A stretch of DNA of 64,000 bases from Marsupella aquatica (taxonomy: Eukaryota; Plantae; Marchantiophyta), in the NCBI GenBank assembly GCA_973895155.1, contig OZ316894.1, positions 6,120,368 to 6,184,367 on the forward strand, written 5' to 3'. Positions within the stretch are counted from its first letter, which is position 1. Every line of letters starts with the position of its first letter. Positions 35,635-49,496 of the stretch are shown piece by piece. Below the pieces are notes generated by a model. It worked only from the letters and a program-made list of their open reading frames with translations, did no database searches and was not told where the DNA came from. Both the position numbers and the translations under genes were made by a program.

Positions 35635-36807
35635 ATCTGAAGTGGAATAAGAAATTATTGCGCTCTTGGGAGGCCTCTTGTGACAAACCGGCAAACCTCC
35701 TTAACCTGCTTCTCCATCTCACTTTGGGTCAGCCTCTAAGGGTGGTAGACACAAAAAAGAGGGGGTTCTTCTGGTCAAATGAAACATTGGTAACATTCCA
35801 GAGATACAATAAAAATTGTCGCATTTCAAGGCCTGTCAAGCTAGTTGTCAGATTTGTTTTCTATTGTCTTAGGCTACTATTCCTCCAAAGTTTGTGTGTT
35901 GTGAGGGCCGTGCAAGTATTTGTTGCAAGAGTACTACAAGGTGGAAGGACGGCCAATTTGTGTCGGGATTGTTGGTTTGTTTGTAAGGGAGAATGATGTA
36001 AGCCACACCACCTAGGCAACAATATGGAAAGGGAGTTCATGAAACATTGTAATGCACCATTTTGGGTCCAAAATTATCGCCACCTAGCCAAATTTGTTTG
36101 CAAGCCTATAAGAGGCTACCTCCCATGCAAGGGTTGCATGTGAGAGCATACATAGATAAAGTTGAATGTAAGGAGTGTGGTGAGGGGGCAAAGGCCACTA
36201 AGAAATTCATCTAGGCAAATCTTCATGGATAACACTATAGACAAGTATTTCCCAATAATGGCGGGATTCTTACTTTGTTTGCTTTGATCTGGGTGTAATC
36301 CTTTGTCTAGTTTGATCCATGTGGTGAAGGCTCCCAACTATATGAAGGAGGATCTACAAGCATTGAATATGCAGTTGGAGTTGCTCGGCCAAGATCCTAT
36401 AAAATAAGAGGACTTAGATCACACTATCTTACATCGTGTGTTGCTTTGTTTGTGGATCCCCCATACAAGCTGAGGGTGCAGCACGCAAATTGAAGGACAA
36501 CGTTTTCCTGCAGTATATGATTCTTCACACACTGAAACCATGTAGCTCTCAGTCTTTTTTGTATTCATGAGGGCATGTTTTCAAAGTCACCCAAATACTA
36601 TCAATGCTCAAACATTGATGTCGAACACCTATTGAGATGGAGTTAGCCCAGGATCTATGGAGTCCATTGGCAATTGAGGGCACAGACGTTGAATATGCCG
36701 AACGCTTGCTCACATATGTGCACGAAGACGTCAAGCTTTGGGAGACTCCTCTCAGCCATGTGTGTTCCCACTCCCATTGTTGCAAGAGGAGGGACATGCA
36801 ATCATAG
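35635..36807 (+). pseudogene. Decayed ORF resembling the N-terminal half of fungal telomere-linked helicase/DUF3505(OrsD)-type proteins
   Basis: Reading through stops from 36024 gives APFWVQNYRHLAKF...DNTIDKYFPIMAGFLLCLL*...LHRVLLCLW. After a +1 shift at about 36580 it reads VTQILSMLKH*CRT...LLTYVHED..ETPLSHV. The family match is from recalled motif patterns only. Confidence 0.4.
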
Positions 36808-36949
36808 TAGGACCTTGGTATAATGTATAAAATAAAATACTCTAAACCAGAAACCATAGAGGGGTTCTTATTAAGAACCAAGAAATGGTGACATTCAATC
36901 TATTAGTCATGCATTGAATATGCACCATCAGGTCTCATCAACAAGTCTC

Positions 36950-37870
36950 TTCAATAAACCAATCAAAAATGAATAAAACTTATTTGTTTGACCAAAACTA
37001 TTTTTTTGGAATGGTCAGCCCTAGCTCCTTTTAAGAATAATTTATTCTTGAATATTATCATAAAATATAATATTGTTGCACACTTAGAAAAGATTGTGAA
37101 ATATTATAGAATATAAATTATTTCTTATTATTAATTCTTGAGAAATAATTTTCAAACAAATTTCTATTTTAATTTTTTCCTTCTATAAGTACATATTCTT
37201 TTTCAATTTCTTCTATATTTTTATTTTCAGAAACATAAACTGTTTCTTTGAAATTTCATGTCTTTCATAAATTTGTATTATTTGTAGTTTACAATATAGC
37301 TTATAAAATATTTTATCCTGGTCATAATATTTTTATGTAAATGTTTAAAATTATGTGGATTTATCCATTACTTTACAAATATTTTTCCAATTTTCCTCTA
37401 TATAATGTTTCTCAAAAGAATTAAGTAAATTATGATAAGCATTATATAATATTTTTTAAATTCTTTTTTAATAACATATTTATTTATTAAATAATTTTAG
37501 TATATCTTCATTATTTAATAAACACTTTCTTATAAATATTTTTCAAATAGGGCCAAATGATTCAAATTTTCTCCAAAATATAATTAAAAATATACATTGT
37601 TTTCAAAGAAATTTTGCATTAATTGTTTTCTCAAAATTTACTCACCAAATCAGTTTTAGAATTATTAAGAACCCTTTTCACGATGGTCTTTTTCCTGCAC
37701 ACATAAAAATAACACAAATAATATTTAGTCATTATTTTTCTTACTATATTATATAACTGTAATATATATCAATAATTTATATTCATATCATCTTTTTCTT
37801 AACATGTTTTTGGGTACTTTATGTTACACAAATTTATTTAATATAATATTTAAGATAAATAACATAAATG
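36950..37870. other. Extremely AT-rich low-complexity tract
   Basis: Long A/T runs with very few G/C and no credible ORF. Confidence 0.8.
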
Positions 37871-39409
37871 TGCACTGCTTTGTCATGCCAAGAGCACAAG
37901 AGAGAAAACAATATCTCTTACTCAGCATGTCTTCCGAGCAAATTGTAGTTAAGAAAATGCGAGAATCTTTCGATTTGTCCAGAACACAATTTGGCTCAGG
38001 GGAATCAAGCTCAGTACTCTAATGAACTGGTCCGGTTGCTATGAAAGAGATGACACTCAACTGATTGAATTGTAAACTTCAATAGCATTTCAGATGTTCA
38101 TGGCCAGGGTGATTGCCCTGCGAAGAACCCATCAAATCTGTCACAATTGCTTGCCCGTCCAATGAATGACTCACCTCTTGTTAGTCAAGCTAACAAGTTG
38201 TAGTTGTTATGCTCTTTCTCATTCAATCAATCACCGTCCAAAGCTGATGTCTCAAGAGCGAAACCTCACTGAAAAGAAATGGACCACTCCAAGAGCTGTT
38301 CAACAATTTATATCATGCCCACAAAACAGATGATGCTCTGCCCATTTGCAAACTTCAATTGCCAGTTCAACTTTCAGATCTCTTGATGCACCAGTTTTGA
38401 TATTATATTACAATACTTTGTCAATATTTTGTTGCAAAGCTGGAGTGATGGACTCATAGAAGCAAAATCTATCCTATCGCAATTCGAGTGATCCTGGTTT
38501 GAATGAGATGGGATTACGCCTCATGTCAAGATTGATGGCCAATCAAGAGTCTCTTATACGCAGTTGTTCCGTGATTTGTCAAGGAACTACTCTTGAATTC
38601 GTCCATTTGAACTACTCAGGGAAATTTTTCCAGGCGGATAGAAGACAGTTTGGATGACGAGATGGGAGCATGGAAAATACCCTTAGATGACAGACCAATG
38701 GAAAAACTTGACAGGATCAAATAGCTCAAAATTGAAGGCAAAATACTCTACTGTAGGGAAATTCACTGACAACCCTCATTCATGCTATTCTTGTTTTCAA
38801 ATTCAATAATTAAAGTCAGTCTTCCCGCCGGACTTTTCAACCCAAAAAGTATAAGTGACACTGTATAAAAGTTGGAAGTGGACCGTATAAATATATTGTA
38901 TTAAATAATGAGCTATATTTCACCCAAAAAGTGTAAGTGTGGCAAGTTGTGAATGGCTGAAAGAAGATTACACAACCAAACGACCTTAACATGTGTGAAG
39001 GGTTTTGGTGAAAGTCACTTTGGGATGGGGGTGTGTATCAAAGTTGGTCATGTTATGAAACTTGAACTCAGAACCTCACATGCGGCAAATGAAAGACCCT
39101 TACTGATGTGCTATGCTTGTTGCCATGACTATAGTTGAGCAAACTCTGCACTCATGCAGATTCCCGCACCGTAAATAGCATGTGCAAATGTGAAGACATC
39201 CAACATCATGTCTTCACCTTGTGTGCAACATGATAATTGGCAGTATTGAATGGCTGGACCCAATGGGAAACTATAAATGAGTTTTCCATGCACTTTCTTC
39301 TAGACTGGGCAAAGGCCTCATGCCAGAGTGACATCTTGGTCATATAAAATTTAGTTCAGTAGAGCCAAAAATGGCCCCACAAATTTAATTTCCACTGTAT
39401 CGTCAAAAC

Positions 39410-39860
39410 GTGCAGTGTCACAAACGGTTGTTAAGTCTGTTGTGACCACATAGCTTTGGTCACAGGCATCAGAAGTGTAGTGTCACAATAGGTTGTTAGG
39501 TCTATTGTGATCACATAGCTTTGGTCACAGGCGTCAAACCTGTAGTGTCAAACAGTTGTTCAGTCTATTTTGAACACATAGCTTTGATCATGAGCGTCAA
39601 AACTGTAGTGTCACACAGGTTGTTAAGTCTGTTGTGACCATCTACTGTAGCTTTGGTCACAGGCCTCAAAATTACAATATGACAAAGTGTTCTCAGTCTA
39701 TTGTGACCACATAGCTTTGGTCGAGGGAGTCCAATTTTACAGGTCACAAAGGGTTGCTCAATCTATTGTGACCACATAACTTTGGTCATGGGAGTCCAAG
39801 TTCACAGGGTCACAAAGGGTTGTTCAACCTATTGTGACCACGTACCTTTGGTCATGGGCC
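39410..39860. repeat. Tandem array of 7 units of about 65 bp, each with the palindromic core tgtgacca-catagctt-tggtcaca
   Basis: Cores at about 39441, 39506, 39569, 39633, 39702, 39766 and 39833. Confidence 0.9.
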
Positions 39861-39997
39861 CGGTGTAATATTAGAGTGTACTGTAACCTACTTTACTCAC
39901 CACATCACCGACTATAATATTATCGAAATGTACCTAAGAGATCACTTTCTGTGATATATAGATTGCCCCTTCACGGTCGTGTTCGCCCAACGCAAGT

Positions 39998-40870
39998 AAT
40001 ATAAATCGTCTTCGTTGCGTTCTGAGAGCGGTCCGAGAGCGAGCGACCGAGACAGAGACAGACAGACAGACAGCGAGGGAGAGAGAGAGAGCGAGAGAGA
40101 GAGAGAAAAAGCCTCCTGCTGTTCGCGTTTGTCTTTGTCTTGCGCGTCTTCCAAACTCTCTGCCTGGCTTTTGCTCCGATCAGTCGTCGATGAATGGCTG
40201 TGCGCACCACGAGGAGCGGAAAGGCAACCCAGTGAAGCGAAGCGAAGCGAAAGAGAAGAGAAGTGATGGAATGGAAAGGAATGGAATGAGCGACGGAGGA
40301 GGTCGGGAGGTAGCCTGTGGTGCTGCAATTGAAGTGGTACTGTCGTTTGGCATGGAAGTATGACGCGGCACGATCGCTGACCTGAGTCACTGGCTTGCGC
40401 AGGCTGGCTGGCTGGCTGAATGACGATGATGATGATGACTGATGATTATTGTTCAGGCAGGAGAGAGTGGCGAGGGAGTCTCGGCACTCGGCACGGAGCG
40501 GCGTCGAACGACTTGTGTTGACTGCGGGCCTTATCTCGCGGCCTGATTTGATTTGATTTGATTTGATGTGGTTTCGCTTGGTTCGGTTGGGTTTGGTGTG
40601 GTTTGGTTCGAGCGATTGACTCGGTTTGGGGAGGAAACGAGCGAGAGAGCGAGATAAAGAAGCGGATTGGAAATAGCGGCAGCTGCAGCGATTGCGAAGT
40701 GCGGGGAGGGTGAGACTTGAGACTGTGATTGATAGTGACGAATGGTGCTAGCGGTGAAATGATATGATGTGATGAGATGCGATTTGATGTGATGCGAGGA
40801 GGAGGAGGAGGAGGAGAAGGGGAAGGCTCGGAGTGAAGGAGAAGGAGGGAGGGACGGAGGGAGGGAGCAG
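39998..40870 (+). promoter_or_regulatory. Probable VAC14 promoter and 5' leader: a TATA-like box followed by a microsatellite mosaic
   Basis: tataaat at about 40000, then (GA)n, (GACA)n, (GAAGC)n, (GGCT)n, (GAT)n, (GATTT)n and (GAG)n tracts upstream of the VAC14 ATG. Confidence 0.5.
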
Positions 40871-41538
40871 CGGCACTCGTCGTCGTCTTTAATGGCGTGG
40901 AGCTTGTAAATATATGGGGGATCGAAAGCAGAGCGACAACGGATGATATTTTTACAGAGAATTGCGTCAGTGAACGTCCATCGTTTCTTCTTTCGTAGCT
41001 TAATTAACTAGTAAGTCAGCAGCAGCGACGAGATGTACTACAGACGCGAGGAAGGTGACTGGTGGTTTGACAGACTTTTCGTCTCATCTTTTGCCACCAG
41101 CTGCTACTGTGCTGCTATTCTATCGTGGAGACCGTTGTCTTGTTTTAGGTAGCTTCAAAGCCAAGGTCTCGGCGGCTTTCCTTGAGCAAGTGATCTACCG
41201 AGACGGAGTACCGTAGGGCAGGGCTGATGGATGTGTCTTCCGGCGTGGGGAGGAGTTTAGCACTTAGTAGGATCTGGTGACAACGTATTCGAATTGGCTT
41301 CTTCACCAGGAAGAGACAGGTTTACGATCATCATCTGTTCTAATCCGCCGGTCGTGTAGCGAGGGGAGCATTCAGAAGAAACAAATTTCACCGTTTGAGT
41401 GCTAGCCAAGAGCACGATGTCGCAACTACAACAACAACCAGGAATTGGAAAGGGTTGTTGAGTATGCAGGTGGATGCATGCACTCGCTTACGAGCCCGCC
41501 TCAACGGCATACTTGAGTGGCTCTAGTCGTCTACCAAG

Positions 41539-44500
41539 ATGTCCGACTCTACGACGCTCCTACCTGCGTCAGTGCTACGCAACTTGTCTGACAAGTTGTA
41601 CGAAAAGCGCAAGAATGCAGCCCTGGAGGTAATTCATCAAGCTTCTTGCAGACAGCAGTGTGGAATATTTTGGAAATAACTACAGTATCTAGGGCACGAA
41701 CAGGCGGATCCACTCCGGACGTTGCATGCAACAGCCTAATGGAACCTAATCAGTTTTCGGAGGACATGAATGAAATACGGTCCTGAAACCAAGTCTGTTT
41801 GACACTGTTACAAATCGCAGTTTACCTGAAGTCTTTAAGGGTTGTGAGCTTCAAATTTAATCCCGCTTCAAATTTAATGCATCCCGCTGTCACCTGGATA
41901 TAAAGACAATCACCCTTGTGAAGGGGACGGGCTTTACTCTTTATAATTTAGTGGCCATGTACTTTCTGTCATATGTCAAGGAGCTTCTTTCTTGGTGTAG
42001 AGACGAAGGGACATTGGATTTCGGGGTTTGTGACTTACACAGGAAAAATTTCTTCATAATGCTTGGGGAAGATATTCTTAGTTTTTTTTCAGAAAGATGG
42101 AGTTGCAATTTGGTATCGTGAGTTGGATTTTTTGTTTGTATTTCAGAGATGTGATACCTCAATTATAAACGATATCTTTGGTTAGTTACCTGGGAGAAAT
42201 TCCAAAGTCGCGTTAATTGGAGGTGCTGTTTTGGGATTATAAATAGTTTGAAGATTTTCGGGCATGGCTGATTGTAAAGGCTGAAAATGTGTCCCTTTTT
42301 TGTAAGTCCGATTGAGTGAAGTTTCCTTGTATTGTTATGAGCAGGAAGTTGGTTATGGTTGGTTGGATTAATATTTTAATTTTTAATTTGGCTAGTTGCG
42401 ACAAATTCAATTTACATTCGTCACGACTGCGATCTTAGTGTGCTGCCAGTCTCCTACAAATTATTAGCGTTGAAATAAAGGGCTCCTCATTTCAATGATT
42501 GCTCACTGTGGACATTTGCGTATTTCAATCCTGTCAAAATGTCTGTTAAGACGCTTTTTCAAGTTTTACCGTTTTTCTTAAATGAAGTTCCCTCGGTGAA
42601 TGTGGCCTCCGTGATATGTCGCTGTTGGCGCACAGGTAGAAGGGATTGTGAAATCCCTTACGACCGCTGGAGAGCATGATAGGATTGCCGGTGTGATCAA
42701 CATTTTGATCCATGATTTCGCTCTTTCTCCACAAGCGAATCATCGGAAGGTAACACTCGTTTGGAGACTTTTGTAGCATGAGGTCTCAAAGTGTAGTGAA
42801 GGGAGTGTAGATTTGATTGCGATAGTGCAAAACCAAGGTGAGTAGCCTGAGTCTTGGTATTGATTATTTGCACTTGTTTCCCTCAGGGCCTCAATCACAG
42901 TAATGACAGTCCCTTACGTCATGCGTTCAGAGCCTTGTTTGAAAACATTTACATACCATTTGGGACTGATACAGAGTATAAGATGGTATACAATTTTTTT
43001 CATAACTTCTCTTTGAAGACACTGTTTGTTACATGCGCGTGATACGGCTATAGGAGATTTCCTGTCCCCCATTTTATGTACAAGCTTATGAGTAGTGAGA
43101 CAAGCACTTGAGGGAGGACCAGTAGCTTGACTCATTTCCGTTCGGTGCCTCTCTAATAGATTTGCCCTTTCTGTTGCCAGGGTGGGCTGATAGGTTTGGC
43201 GGCTGCTACTGTGGGTCTTGCCGCTGAAGCTGCACAGCACCTGGATGTAGGCTACTCGACTTCGTGCTGTACCCCAGAGATCTTTGATTTTCGGAGAGCA
43301 CTGTTAAGAGGCTGTTTGTGCAGTAGGAAGACGCCGCATGAGAATTTCAGTTCCGACCTATTGTTGATCTGAATTAACCTCTTAGTGTTCTATTTTGGCG
43401 ACAGAAAATCGTTCCTCCTGTCCTGAAGTCGTTCACAGACCAAGACAGTCGTGTTCGGTATTATGCCTGTGAAGCTCTTTACAACATTGCAAAGGTACGA
43501 TATCCTGGTTATTCTAGCTCGGCAGGTGTCAGATATTTTTTTAAACAGGACTTTTCTTTTAATAAGCAGCTGATGATGGTAATTCCAGTGCAGGTCTCTA
43601 GAGGCGAGTTTATTGTCTTCTTCAATGCTATCTTCGATGCTCTATGCAAACTCTCAGCAGACTCTGATCCTAATGTACAAAGTGCGGCACATCTTCTCGA
43701 TAGACTGGTCAAGGTAAGAGGTCAATTTATGCAGGGTGATGCAGACCTTGTGTGGTGAAGTTAAAAAAAACAGTTACTTGTCCTATAATAGAAATCAACG
43801 GTACAGCGCGCTCAGTTGCAAAAATAAAAAATTCTACTTTGGCATGATATCTCTTGAAAGTATTCAGGTACACTGTGCTAACTGTTCCCATTCTTTTTAT
43901 TGGTTCTCTTACATGCAGGATATTGTCACTGAGAGTGACCAATTTAGGTGCAGTCAACTCGTGCTCTGCTTGGAAATTGGTTGTGTACATTTTGCAATGC
44001 TAGTTCGTTTCAGGGATTTCTGGCTACGTAGAGACTTCGACTCATGAAACACCCCTCTGCAAAACTCACTGCATGTTCTTCTTTTGATCTTTCTTAATAC
44101 CGTACGACTCTTCTTTACGCATGATATGTGATCCATTCCAATATACTCTGAGAGTGAATGTGGCTTTGACAGTATCGAGGAGTTCATACCACTGCTACGG
44201 GAGCGGATGAATGTTTTGAATCCATTTGTTCGCCAGTTCCTGGTTGGATGGATCACTGTACTGGACAGTGTTCCCGACATTGACATGCTTGGTTTTCTTC
44301 CAGATTTCCTGGATGGTATGTGTTGCGATGTTTTTGTGCAATGAACTGTGAGTCTTGTTTTGTGGTCTGCACAGATTTTACAACATAGCAGTGTATCCTT
44401 TTGAAGGACTATCTGTACAGTAATTTTTGTGGGGTCACTATCGTTCGTAAATGACGATGATTGCATTGGGGCTGTCAGGTCTTTTTAACATGTTGAGTGA

Positions 44501-47500
44501 TCCAAGCCATGAAATTCGTCAGCAGGCAGATTCAGCACTCCGTGAGTTTCTTTTAGAGATCAAGAATGCGCCTGTAAGGTGCCTCAACCTGATACAATCA
44601 CTACTTGTCTTCTTGAGAGTCTGCAATTGCGTTAAATGTTTTATTAAATAGTTTCTAATGCGAACATATGGTCTGAAGAAGATCGTGCTGATCTACGTCT
44701 GGGGTCTTAGTAGAATATGTCCTGGATGAAATTTTCCCTTAGGTATTCCATAGGGTCTGGGTGATCTCATAGTGCAGTATGTGCCGGTCTTGGTTGTTGA
44801 TCTGAAAAATCTATAGTTGATAGTTTTCTTGACTATGGATCTTTCGTCGGAGCAGTCTGTTGATTATGGGAGAATGGCGGAAATTTTGGTACAAAGGGCT
44901 GGATCTGCAGACGAATTTACCCGTCTAACTTCAATCACCTGGGTCAGTCCATGTCTCAACTCTCCCATGTGGACTTGTTTTAAAGCATTACAGATGTAAA
45001 TTTAGTTGGCCTTGTGTTGTGCGTAACATGTAATGACATTGGGCAAACATTTTATAATACATAGTCCAATATCTTTTCTGTCTAAAGAGCAAAGAATGCT
45101 ACTATTTGGACGCGTTGAAATCCATGAAGTGCAAAATCACAACTGGAGGACATATCGGCATGATGTCATAAAATTGAATACTGCCAGGGTCTCTAGTTTG
45201 CTGCCTAATATTATATTTGGAAGGTAAGGTAGTTTGACGTGCCAGGAAATTTCCTTCATGTATTGCCATCTTCCCTTATGAGAGTCTTAGTACCACTCTT
45301 GATGCTATTCAAGACCTGAGCCGAAGACTATTCTGTTTATTGCCATCAACCAAAGTCAAACTGGTGTCCTCAGGGAAAAATCGTAGTTACCACAATTGGT
45401 TGAAGCTCTGACTTTTTCCTTATATTCAAGTTTCGTGAATGAACTTATAATTCAGAAAAACAATGGCTGAAATATCGGTTGAAATGCTGACGACCAGTCC
45501 ACTCTACAGGTCAATGAGTTTGTAAAGCTCGGCCGGGAACAACTTGTCCCGTATTATTCTGCAATTCTTGGAGCAATTCTTCCATGTATTTCAGACAAGG
45601 CGGAGGAGATCAGAGTGGTATTTCCTCTATTCCTGGAATCGATTTGAATGCAAAATGTAGGACTAACCTTACTGGCCAATGATTAGGTCGCCTGGATCAT
45701 TGCAAATAGTAGCAATGGAAACGCATGATCAACATTGTACTTGTTGATGGATCAGGTTGCAAGAGAAACCAATGAGGAGCTGCGGGTCACCAAAGCAGAC
45801 CCAGCGGAAGGCTTTGAGATAGAAAGAGTACTGGAAGTTGCTAGAAGGTTTTCGCTTGCCTTCAAGTGTTTTCCAGATTTCTTCTTCGCTTTTGAGTTGT
45901 CTTGCACGTAAATCCATTGTTTGCGACGCTGTCAGTTAGATACTTATGGAATCCTGTTTGTCGTATTGTAAAAGTGCTTCTTGGTTCAGAATATTACATG
46001 AACAACCGTACATTTGTAACAAGAATTTTTTCGCATGATTTTATCTGGTGAAGCCAACCCTAGTGGTAAGGGGCTTTGCGGCCGTTCTATTTGCTAGACA
46101 TATGAAGGGAATTATTTTGGCTGTGTGTATCGCTTGTTACGGAGGATCTGTATGCTCTTATTTTGGGTGTTTTCTCTTTTTGCATTGTTGTCTCACTTAG
46201 GAATATTCTCCTAATGGAGTTGAGGGCTATGGTTTTTTAATGGACAGCGGCTCAAGATTGGACTCTGCTCTCTGTAGGAGACCATAATCTCATTTATTAT
46301 GGCCTGCATCGACAGAGCAGACAATCACCCCAGCTTGTCTGTCTTGAAGATTGGGATCATAAATATTGGGACATTGTAAATGCCCCTTTGGAATGCTGAA
46401 TTCATGATGGGTTGTGCAGGGAGCTTGAAAGTGAGTTCGAATCAACACGTCTTGAAGCGTTACGATGGATTCAATTGTTATTGGAGGCACACAGAACGGA
46501 GGTGGGGTTTCATTATTCCTTTTGGAACATCCTGCACTTACTTCTCATAGATCCTTATTTGACAGAATTGTTGAGATAGCTGGATTTATTTAGTCTACCC
46601 ATAGGAGATGGTTTAACATCTTGAGCTTAACCTATTATGACCATATCAATGCTCCAAAATATTGCTTGCAGGTTCTATCATTTCTTGATCAAATATTCCC
46701 TGCTCTCCTCCAGGCTCTCTCCGATGACTCTGACGAGGTATGGATCTTCCATGTTTAGGTAGAATCTTCATAATGGAAGAGTGGTCATAATTTGTCATCC
46801 GAGTGTGAGAAGAATATGATGGATGTTGAAAAATTCCTATGATCTCCTCCTGCAGGCATAGGAATTTCTGCATTCTAGAGAATTTTCCTAGCCAGCCTTC
46901 TTGTATTCGAACGAATTGTTATGATCGTTGGTACCCCAATTACAAGTTTGTAACTTTCAAAAGAAAAAATTTCTAACTTTCAATTGAGATGGACAATTGT
47001 GTTGATGGCATTTTGGTCTTCGTTTTGATAGGTCGTTCTCCTCGTTTTGGACATCCAAGCCTACATAGCGAGAGATCCTCAGCATTTTCGGTATCTGATG
47101 GTTTTCATAGTGAAGCAATTCAGAGAATCTCATTCGCTTCTTGAAAGGTTGGTATTTTGTGTGGATTTCACGTAGACTTCTTGAGTACATAAAACCTGTT
47201 GGCGCTCACGCTGGTAGTATTGTTCATCCCTGTATCAATGGGGAGCGTTGCACTTAATTTAATACTCGACAAGATGTTAATTCCGTGACTTCTGCGTATG
47301 AACTTACTAATATTTGTCGGTTACTTTTAAGATTTCGGCGTATAGTAGGTTCCCCTTGATAGTAGGTAGCATCCATCACTAATTGTTTTTGTGTGGAATG
47401 GCATACTTCTGCCCCTATTTCTGCAAACTCAAGAGTTCTCAGTAAAATTTGAACATTTCACTTTATATAGTGTCCGAAAGCCAGACTCGGTGATAGGTAT

Positions 47501-49496
47501 TTTGTGGATATAAGAAGTCCGGTGGGGATTCTGCTGTTTAATTGCAGGAGGGGGACCCTAGCTGTGCGGCGGCTGTGTACCCTGCTAGATGCGGAAAGGG
47601 TGTACAGAGAGCTGGCCTCAATTTTGGAAGCAGAGGCAGATCTAGATTTTGCGACGATTATGGTTCAGGTTGGCATTTGTAACAAAGTTCAGATTGAGCA
47701 TTCTCGAAAGGACGATTTTTATTTGTGGAATTTTAAAAATAAAAACAAGTTAGGGGTTCTATGGACCCCTCAATGGCCTTTCATTCACTCTGTTGAGATT
47801 CTGGTTGACAGGTGTAGTAACAGATCATTTTATGTGGCTGTGTAGGCACTGAACTTGATCCTCCTTACGGCATCAGAGCTGGCAGAACTACGTGCTCTCT
47901 TAAAGCAGTCTTTGTCCACGTCCACAGGAAGGGACTTGTTTGTTTCCCTCTACTCATCCTGGTGCCATTCGCCAGTGGCAACTGTCAGCCTCTGCTTACT
48001 TGCCCAAGTAAGTCCGTTTGAAGCCTTTCCAATTTTCTGGCTACTGGTTAGCATCTCGAGAAGTAAATCCAAGCAAGAAAAAAACCAGTCGCCTCGTTTT
48101 TTAGTGTGAAACCTATCTTGACTTGGATAAGTATGTGACAGGTTATAACGCATGCAATTGCAGAGTAAATAGGAAGTGTCTAGACAAGTGCTACGATATT
48201 AATGACATAACCACATATGTGGCAGGCTTACGGACATGCAAGCTCAGTAATACAATCGCTTGGGGAATCGGATATAAATGTCAATCTTCTTGTTCAAGTG
48301 GATAAGTTAGTGCGACTTTTGGAGACTCCTGTTTTTGCCTACTTGAGGCTCCAGGTAATGCGTGCCTTCTGAGTAACGGGAATTGCAAGTAAGATTAAGT
48401 GCTAGATGATAGCGTTTTTCGTGGTGGCTTCAGTGTTCGTTCATGCTCATTACTCTCACTCTACCCTGCTAAATCTAATTGAAATCGCTTGATTGAACAC
48501 TGTAGCTCCTTGAAGCTGGACGTCAGTCTGCCTTGCTTAAAACATTATATGGGCTTCTGATGTTACTCCCTCAGGTAAAGCAACAATGGCCAATTAAGAC
48601 CTTGACCCTTTCAATCCTAAAATCTTTGTTGTCTTAGTCTCGATGTGTTAGGATTGATGTGTTAGGATTTGGGGCCCTTGTAGTCACTCGTTTAGGCAGT
48701 GGCTCTACTGTTATTTGCGTGTGTGTTTGCGCTCCTTGCGTTTGAATCAAGGTTAATGGATCAAGAGGTTTCATTGATAGTTGTGCCAGTAATTGCATGT
48801 TTATTGCATTTTACATACCACCGTGGGCACAATCACTTATCTAGCACCGTATTCTGTCTCGAATGCAGCAAAGTTCTGCTTTCAAGATATTACGGACCAG
48901 ATTGAAGACGATCCCCGCACAGACATTCATGAATGTACAACCCCCTCCTGCTTCCTCCGGCAGCGAGTTCCCAAGTCTAAGCGCAATTAGACGAACTGCT
49001 TCTGGTGGTCCATATGCCCAAATTCTTTCAAATATTGCTCCCTTACCTATCGTGTCTCAAACCCTGAGTGAAGATGGGGCTCTTAGTTCTGACTCGAGCA
49101 ATGGAGCTAGCGGGATAAATTTCACGACACAACTTCAACAGTTTGAGCACATGCAGCATCAACATCGTATTCACCGGATGGCTCAATCACAGACAAAGAA
49201 ACTGTCTCGCAAGCCGCCACTTGTACCAGTCCAGGTTGGTTTGTTTTTTGAGCAGCAGTAGCTCGTGCCCCACGGGATCAGTTGACGACAAAGCTGCAAC
49301 TTCTTTGACCTTCTCGCACATTGCTGGAATATATCTATCCCATACTGATTGGGATGATTGTTTGGTGCAGAATGGTGCCTCATCCGTAAAAGGCGATGAA
49401 ACGGTGGACCAGAGGCGTCCTAAAGGTATTTCACCTGTAGATGGAATGTCGCGCGCTCTTTCGAGCCCAAACTTTCCGAAGACTTGGCATCCGTGA
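41539..49496 (+). CDS. VAC14: VAC14, the PI(3,5)P2 regulatory complex scaffold (HEAT repeats), multi-exon
   Basis: Spliced reading with canonical GT-AG introns: [30 protein letters not shown]|...QANHRK|GGLIGLAA...|...[19 protein letters not shown]|...[21 protein letters not shown]...|...[16 protein letters not shown]|...[10 protein letters not shown]|[12 protein letters not shown]. Confidence 0.97.

Noticed and set aside
39410-39860. CRISPR-like appearance (palindromic repeat with intervening sequence)
   Set aside because: The intervening sequences are homologous to each other, the repeats are degenerate, no cas genes are present and the context is eukaryotic. It is a minisatellite.
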